A stretch of 64,000 bases of DNA from Polyangiaceae bacterium (lineage in GTDB: Bacteria; Myxococcota_A; Polyangia; Polyangiales; Polyangiaceae): positions 224,001-288,000 of the forward strand of contig CBDCTZ010000009.1 in the NCBI GenBank assembly GCA_965222375.1, in the 5' to 3' direction. The notes beneath the pieces were generated by a model. The model worked only from the letters and a program-made list of their open reading frames with translations, ran no database searches and was not told the origin of the DNA. Shown one piece after another: positions 58,201-64,000 of this stretch. The translations under genes were made by a program, and so were the position numbers. Positions within the stretch are counted from its first letter, which is position 1; the number at the start of each line of letters is the position of its first letter.

Positions 58201-59610
58201 TCACTTCCCGCCGGTAAGCCAGCTCTTCGGCAGGATTTCGACCGAGAAGAGCCACACTGCAAGCACTGCCAAGGGCACTACGAAACGCAGGGTGAAGAGC
58301 CACACCCCGTAGAAGCGCCCAAGCTTGGAGCCCAACTCGAACTCTTCGCGCCTCATCTTTTCCGGCATGGCCCAGCCAACGAAGAGCGCAATGAACAGCC
58401 CGCCCAGCGGCAACAGCCAGTTGGACGCCAGGTAGTCCATGGAGTCGAAGAAGTTCTTGCCGAATAGCGCTGGCCACTTGCCGAATAGCGAGCCGGAGCC
58501 ACTCAGGGCCGACGGAATGCCAAATAGGAAAATCGCGGCGCCGCAGGTCATGACCGCGCGGCGCCGGGGCCAGCCCAATTGGTCGATGACCGTGCTGGCG
58601 ACGACTTCCAGCAAAGATATTGCGCTGGTGAGGGCGGCGAAAAAGAGCAACGCGAAGAAGACGATGGTCAGCACCATGCCGCCCCCCATTTGGGATAGCG
58701 CGATGGGCATGCTCTTGAAAACCAACCCGGGCCCGGCCTCGGGCTCCATCCCGAAGCTGAAGATGATCGGGAACAGCACGACGCAGGCCATCAGCGCCAC
58801 GATCGTGTCCAGCACGCTCACGAGCATCGAAGATGCAACTAGATCCCGGTCCTTCGGCAGATAGGAGCCGTAGGTCAGCATGGCGCCCATGCCGAGACTC
58901 AGGGTGAAGAAGGAATGGCCCAGAGCTTCCAGAATGCCGGCGGGGCTGAGCTTCTCGGAGTGGGGCGCGAACAAGAAACCCATGGCGCGGCCGAAGCCCG
59001 GCTGAAAAGCGGCGTCGATCACGAAAGCCAGCATCATGATCAACAGCGCGGGCATCAGCACTCGGGCCCATGCTTCGATTCCGCGCTGGACTCCACCAAT
59101 GACGATGCCAATGGTGGTGAGCATGAAGATAAAGTGCCAGAAGATGTTGATGTCACCGGCGCCGTAGAGCACGCCGAAGGCTTGACCGATCTGCTCCGCG
59201 TTCTTGTCAGCGAAGAAGCGGTTGATGCTCATGAAGGTGTAGTTGAGCGTCCAGCCAGCAACGACGCTGTAATACGAGAGGATGACGAATCCGGCGACCA
59301 CGCCCATCCAACCCACGAGGCGCCACGCGGTCTGCTCGCCGAGGATCCGGCCGAAGGCGCCCGCCGGGGAGCGCTGGGCTCTGCGACCAATGAGCACTTC
59401 GGCAATCATCACCGGTAGGCCCACCACGGCGATGCACGCCAGGTAGATCAACACGAATAGGCCACCACCGTTTTCGCCGGCGATGTAGGGAAACTTCCAA
59501 ACATTGCCCAAACCGACCGCGGAGCCCGCGGCAGCGAGAACGAACCCCAACCTGCTGCTCCACTGGCCGCGGGACGTGGTGGCTTTTGATGGCTTCGGGC
59601 TATCGGTCAT
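58201..59610 (-). CDS. Sodium-dependent transporter, neurotransmitter:sodium symporter (NSS) family
   Basis: WSSRLGFVLAAAGSAVGLGNVWKFPY, NGGG, FFTLSLGMG, GPGLVF, AALTSAISLLE. Confidence 0.95.
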   Translation of the reverse strand: MTDSPKPSKATTSRGQWSSRLGFVLAAAGSAVGLGNVWKFPYIAGENGGGLFVLIYLACIAVVGLPVMIAEVLIGRRAQRSPAGAFGRILGEQTAWRLVGWMGVVAGFVILSYYSVVAGWTLNYTFMSINRFFADKNAEQIGQAFGVLYGAGDINIFWHFIFMLTTIGIVIGGVQRGIEAWARVLMPALLIMMLAFVIDAAFQPGFGRAMGFLFAPHSEKLSPAGILEALGHSFFTLSLGMGAMLTYGSYLPKDRDLVASSMLVSVLDTIVALMACVVLFPIIFSFGMEPEAGPGLVFKSMPIALSQMGGGMVLTIVFFALLFFAALTSAISLLEVVASTVIDQLGWPRRRAVMTCGAAIFLFGIPSALSGSGSLFGKWPALFGKNFFDSMDYLASNWLLPLGGLFIALFVGWAMPEKMRREEFELGSKLGRFYGVWLFTLRFVVPLAVLAVWLFSVEILPKSWLTGGK

Positions 59611-59658
59611 GGGCGGCGCGGGAGCATACCCGAAAGCGCTTTCAGACCAGAATGCTTG

Positions 59659-61569
59659 TCAGAGCTGCGACAGATCCAACAGATCCCGCGTGGCGTCGTG
59701 GTGCTCGGGTGCGCGGGGAAAGTGCAGGATCAGCTGACCGCCGCATCGGCCCAGGTGCTGGCGATTAACGGCGCCATGAGCGCCGCCAGCGCGATGCAAA
59801 GCCTCCAGGGCACGGGCCAAGTCGGCGCGATCTTCGGCGCTCAACGGGCCCGTGGGTTCTGCCGTATCAACGTCCTCGATCCACAGCACCTGGTCTTCGG
59901 CTTTGTACGAAAGCACTGAGGCCAGGCACGGATCGTCGGCCCGGGCGAACGCCAGTACACGCTCGAGCACACCGGCTTCTGCCCGCAGCATCAGGACGCT
60001 GCGCTCGAGAGTGATATCTCGATAGCGACCCCCCCCAACTTCTTGCAGCCTCAAGCCGGGTGTGGGTGGTCGTGGCGCTGTCAGTGCGGTGTCGGGGCGC
60101 GGCGGGGGCACGTCCGTCGGCCAGCTCACTGAGCGGAGCAGCTCGATGGCTTCCTGAGTGTCTTGGGGGCGCTGGGCCTCCGGCCCCGTCAACCGTTCGA
60201 CGATGGCCACGTGGTCCGCCGTGAACTCCCGGGAAAGCAGAGGCAAGTCGGCGTCTGGGGGAGCACCCGTGAGCGTGTGCACGAGTACAGCGCCCGCGCC
60301 ATAGACGTCGCTCTTCACGTTTGCGGGCGCGCCGCCTCGCTGCTCCGGCGCCATGTAGCCCAAGGTGCCGATTACGCCAGCAGTCACGGTGACCGCTGCG
60401 TCACTGACGTGGGCCGTGCCAAAGTCCGCGAGTCGTGCACCGCCAGCTTCATCGAAGAGCACGTTGGCAGGTTTGACGTCACGATGCAGGATGCCCCGGC
60501 GATGGGCCTCTCCAAGGGCACTGAGCACGGCGATGGTGATCTCTGCCGCTCGCGCAGGTGCCATGGGGCCGCGAGAGAGCACGTCCGACAGCGAGCCGCC
60601 GCTCATCCAGGGCAGCACGACGGCGGGGCCATCTGGCAGGTAGGCCAATAGTTCCAACACCGCTGGGTGGCGCAGACTGGAAAGCACCTCAGCTTCGCGT
60701 TCAAAACGCCGCAAGGCGTCCCGGCCGCTGTCACGTAGCGTGGAAATCGAGAAGATCTTCAGCGCCACGCGAGCGTTGGTGATTCGGTCCGTTGCTTCCA
60801 GCACGCGCGCCGTGGGCGTCCGCGCGACCTCCCGCACCACGCGATAGCGACCGAAGAGCACGGTTTCGAGCTCTGGCACGGTTTCTCTAGAGAGTGCCTC
60901 GGCAGCTGCAGCGATGCCCAATGTTTCTAGCTTGTGCTCCGCGCCGCGAATGGCTTCGCGCATCCCGAGCGCCTCGAAACAATGCGCCAACACACCAAGC
61001 GCTGGTCCGTACTCTGGCGCGGTGTCGGGAATGCTCTGCAAGTTGCGAACAGCCGCCCGAGCGCGACCGTGATCTGCGAGTAGCTTGCCCAAAGAGAGCC
61101 GTGCGGAATGCCGATCGGGACTCGCGCGCAGGAGCGCCTCGAGGCAGCGCGCTGCGTTGCGAGGATCTTCCGCGCTGGCATAAGCGTTTGCGGCGCTGGC
61201 CAGCTCTGCGGCGCTCTCGAAACAGCGTGCCGCGCTCTTGGGTTCGTCCAGGCCGAGCCACAAGCGCGCGGCGCTGGCGTGCTGGCCACGGGCCTCGACA
61301 TTGGCCGCCACGCGCTTGGCGCTTGCGGCGTCTTGGAGCAGGAGGGTCAAGGCTTGCGCTTCCAACTCCAAGCTTTGGCTCATCGCACTCAACTCGAAAG
61401 CCCGCGCGTAGTCCTCCGCCGCGAGGGACGACCGAGCTGCGTCTTCGAAAGCGCATGCGCGCTCGAATAGACCGCTAGCTCGCGCATGCAAGCCCAGCTG
61501 TTGGGCCAGGCGCGCGGCTTCCTCCAGCTGGTCCTCGCTCTCGAGGCGCTGAATTTCAGCTTCGGTCAC
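59659..61569 (-). CDS. TPR-like repeat Ser/Thr kinase with degenerate C-terminal kinase-like segment
   Basis: Helical repeat N-half; VALK, HRDVKPAN, DFG, YMAPE, DVYG. Confidence 0.85.
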   Translation of the reverse strand: MTEAEIQRLESEDQLEEAARLAQQLGLHARASGLFERACAFEDAARSSLAAEDYARAFELSAMSQSLELEAQALTLLLQDAASAKRVAANVEARGQHASAARLWLGLDEPKSAARCFESAAELASAANAYASAEDPRNAARCLEALLRASPDRHSARLSLGKLLADHGRARAAVRNLQSIPDTAPEYGPALGVLAHCFEALGMREAIRGAEHKLETLGIAAAAEALSRETVPELETVLFGRYRVVREVARTPTARVLEATDRITNARVALKIFSISTLRDSGRDALRRFEREAEVLSSLRHPAVLELLAYLPDGPAVVLPWMSGGSLSDVLSRGPMAPARAAEITIAVLSALGEAHRRGILHRDVKPANVLFDEAGGARLADFGTAHVSDAAVTVTAGVIGTLGYMAPEQRGGAPANVKSDVYGAGAVLVHTLTGAPPDADLPLLSREFTADHVAIVERLTGPEAQRPQDTQEAIELLRSVSWPTDVPPPRPDTALTAPRPPTPGLRLQEVGGGRYRDITLERSVLMLRAEAGVLERVLAFARADDPCLASVLSYKAEDQVLWIEDVDTAEPTGPLSAEDRADLARALEALHRAGGAHGAVNRQHLGRCGGQLILHFPRAPEHHDATRDLLDLSQL

Positions 61570-62420
61570 GGGTTGATCGTGACGGACGCGGACTGCTCGA
61601 AATCGAAGCGTAACTCGCCCAAGGCGAGGCCCGGGGCGGAAAACTCGGAGATGCGCATGCGGTGCAGAGCAACCCGAGCCGGCCCGGGAGGCAGGCTGCC
61701 CGCGGCAATGCTGGCGGCGCCCAGGTCATCCCGGAAGGTGCAGTGCGACGAGCTGCCGTCTTCGGTCACGACCTCGACCCACACGACGTCCCCGGGGGCG
61801 CCGACGCTCCAGGTCAGGTCCAAGGGTTCGGACGCCCTGAACTCGACGCTGTCACTCAAGGGCAAACCATTGACGGTGATGGCCGTGAGCTCACTCGGAG
61901 CACCTCGGGTCACCGAGATGCTTCCCAACTCCCCATCCACCTTCAACGTATAGTCACTGGCGGCGGGGAAGGGATCCGCATCTTGGTCGCGGGTGGTATA
62001 AACGATCCCCGACACGACGTCGGTGACCGTGGGGAAGGCATGGGGCGCGAGGGCTGTCGTGCCACCCGCCGCACTGACCCGGACGTCACCAGCTTGAATC
62101 AATTCGACGTGACCCCGATAGCTCGCAGGCGCCTCGGCACTCAACACGCATTGGCCGGCTGCTGGCACGGCGGTCTTCAGTCCGACGGACTCCAGCACGG
62201 CTCGGGCGTCGGCTTCGGCGGGAAGCTGAACGAAGGTTGCGAGTGCACCGGCACGCTCGCTGCCGTCCGCCGCGGTACTGCGCTCGATGGTCACGAGCGC
62301 ATGGGTCGAACCACTTTCCGCGTCCGCAGTGTAGGACTCGGTTTCGGCCGAACAGCCCAAGGCGGCAAGCACGCCCAGCAGGGCCGGGGCGCGGCTTTTC
62401 AAGCAAGAGGGGATGCGCAC
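61566..62420 (-). CDS. Hypothetical lipoprotein
   Basis: ALGC lipobox, beta-rich sequence, GTGA overlap with the kinase gene. Confidence 0.7.
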   Translation of the reverse strand: MRIPSCLKSRAPALLGVLAALGCSAETESYTADAESGSTHALVTIERSTAADGSERAGALATFVQLPAEADARAVLESVGLKTAVPAAGQCVLSAEAPASYRGHVELIQAGDVRVSAAGGTTALAPHAFPTVTDVVSGIVYTTRDQDADPFPAASDYTLKVDGELGSISVTRGAPSELTAITVNGLPLSDSVEFRASEPLDLTWSVGAPGDVVWVEVVTEDGSSSHCTFRDDLGAASIAAGSLPPGPARVALHRMRISEFSAPGLALGELRFDFEQSASVTINP

Positions 62421-62476
62421 CGAGTAATGTTAAGTCGCGGGCGGCCAGTGGGCAAGCGTGCCCCAAATTTCCCCAA

Positions 62477-63355
62477 TTAAAACCGGGTGATGAGCGCGCC
62501 GGCGGGCGACACGATGGGAGCGGTCCACTCGGCGTTGGCAGCGCGGGAGGCCGCCTGGGGCTGGCCCGCGGCCGCGGGCGCGCCGGGGATCTTGACGGAC
62601 CCTTCGCCATGAAACAGTCCGACGCTCGCTTCCAACGCGACCCAGATCGGCGCGACGCCGATCATCATGCCCACCAGCCCACTGCCACCGAAACGCGTTG
62701 CGGACAGTTCGCCGATCCGCACCTCACTCGGGTCGGCAAATATCTGCAGCGGGACATCGCCGGAGCCCTGCTCGAAGTGCCCGCGGAGACCCCCGTAGAC
62801 TGAGATCAACCCGCCGGGGCTCCGGTAGCCGACGATAACAGGTAGGTCGACGCCAACGCCTGTTACCTCGCTAGTGTCGACGCCAGGCACGCTTCCTGAC
62901 CCTTCTTCGCCCTCCTGGCTGGTTCGAAAAAAACGCCGGCTCAGCCCCAGCCCGACGCTGAGCGCCAGAGGCCCATCAACGAACGCGTGGCGTGCATCCA
63001 CGCGAGCGCTGCGTCCGGTGTAAGTGAGCCCCGCGTCACTGTCGTAGCCGAGGCCCGCGCGGGCTCCGACCCATGGTGCCAGTCCAGGGGAGGTCATGGA
63101 TTCGGCGAGGGCGCCGGTCAAGATTTGATCTTCTCGTTCCTCAACAGCGGTGACGCCGCCAGCCGCCTCCACGTTTTTCGCGTCTTCGATCTGAGATTCC
63201 GCTTCTCCGAAGACGACGTTGTGACTGACGCCAGCGCCGAAACTGATCTGGTCCGGGGGCAGCGGATGCGCCGGGTGCAGCAGCGGCGTGCCTCCGCCGC
63301 ATCCCAGCGACAGGCCGCTCGCCCAAATTCCGGCCAGGACCGTCCACGCCCTCAC
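62477..63355 (-). CDS. Hypothetical lipoprotein, possible outer-membrane beta-barrel
   Basis: SLGC lipobox, Gly-rich amphipathic strands, terminal Phe (LITRF). Confidence 0.65.
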   Translation of the reverse strand: MRAWTVLAGIWASGLSLGCGGGTPLLHPAHPLPPDQISFGAGVSHNVVFGEAESQIEDAKNVEAAGGVTAVEEREDQILTGALAESMTSPGLAPWVGARAGLGYDSDAGLTYTGRSARVDARHAFVDGPLALSVGLGLSRRFFRTSQEGEEGSGSVPGVDTSEVTGVGVDLPVIVGYRSPGGLISVYGGLRGHFEQGSGDVPLQIFADPSEVRIGELSATRFGGSGLVGMMIGVAPIWVALEASVGLFHGEGSVKIPGAPAAAGQPQAASRAANAEWTAPIVSPAGALITRF

Positions 63356-63427
63356 TCCCGCCGATTTAGCAGTCCACAGCGCTTCCAGGGTGACATTTTC
63401 CCGCGGACGGCTAAAGTCCGCGACGCT

Positions 63428-64000
63428 TTGACTTGGTGGAAGGACCAGCGCTTCGCTTTGCTGCTCGCCCTCGCGGCCGTGGTGGGCGGATGCAAAGCGG
63501 AGATCGGCGACGAATGCTCCGTCAGCACGGACTGCTCCAACGCCGGCGATCGCCTCTGCGACACCACCCAGCCCGGCGGCTACTGCACTGTCTTCAACTG
63601 CGAGCCGGGTACCTGTCCCGAAGAGGCCATCTGCGTCTCTTTCAAGAACAGCCCCAGCTTGGTCTGTCCGGATCCGCAGAGCGGGGACCGCCTGCGCCGG
63701 ACATTTTGCATGCGCAGCTGCGAGGGCAACGACGATTGTCGTTCGGGCTATAAGTGCATCGACCTGGGCAAAGACAACCCCTGGAAAGCCACGGTTGCCG
63801 AGTACGGCGGCGTGAGTGGCAAGGTCTGCATCGTGCCCTTCAAAGGCGCGACCGCCAGCGGTGGTCCCGCCGATATTTGTTCGCCAGCCAAGGGTTGCAC
63901 GGCAGAGAGCTGCGCCGGCTGTTGCGACGCCCTTGGCTTTTGTCGCTCCGGGACCGAGGTCGATGCGTGTGGCAACGCGGGTGCTGCATGTAAGAACTGC
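63428..64000 (+). CDS. Cys-rich lipoprotein (truncated by window end)
   Basis: Open frame missing from the ORF track: TTG 63428 gives MTWWKDQRFALLLALAAVVGGCKAEIGDECSVSTDC...CDTTQPGGYCTVFNCEPGTCPEEAIC, with no stop before 64000. Confidence 0.75.
   Translation, partial: MTWWKDQRFALLLALAAVVGGCKAEIGDECSVSTDCSNAGDRLCDTTQPGGYCTVFNCEPGTCPEEAICVSFKNSPSLVCPDPQSGDRLRRTFCMRSCEGNDDCRSGYKCIDLGKDNPWKATVAEYGGVSGKVCIVPFKGATASGGPADICSPAKGCTAESCAGCCDALGFCRSGTEVDACGNAGAACKNC

Overview
High-GC, gene-dense chromosomal segment, most likely from a myxobacterium (Polyangiales/Sorangiineae-like). This is inferred from the MglA-family GTPase, three eukaryotic-like Ser/Thr kinases, TPR-PEGA proteins and Gly/Cys-rich lipoproteins. 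Housekeeping genes include the 3' end of argH, thiL, class II ribonucleotide reductase nrdJ with tandem NrdR-like boxes, ggt, membrane-type speE with DUF350, scoA (two frameshifts) and scoB, plsB, mepA, an orphan DNA methyltransferase, DJ-1, oppD/oppF-type ATPases, panB-panC-tmk, a lipase and an NSS transporter. A large MoxR/DUF58/vWA/ABC cluster (38.9-53.9 kb) is split by an antisense histone-H1-like gene. I saw no rRNA, tRNA, CRISPR, integrase or transposase. The most interesting unexplained signals are: a ~295-nt self-complementary element between convergent genes (35.68-35.97 kb); a ~260-nt structured nrdJ leader that does not look like a cobalamin riboswitch; an MglA paralog coupled to a PocR histidine kinase with no MglB or response regulator nearby; two pairs of tandem paralogous secreted Cys proteins; and a Tat flavoprotein next to a 4-His membrane protein near the polyamine genes. 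All calls come from reading motifs by eye; no database searches were run.
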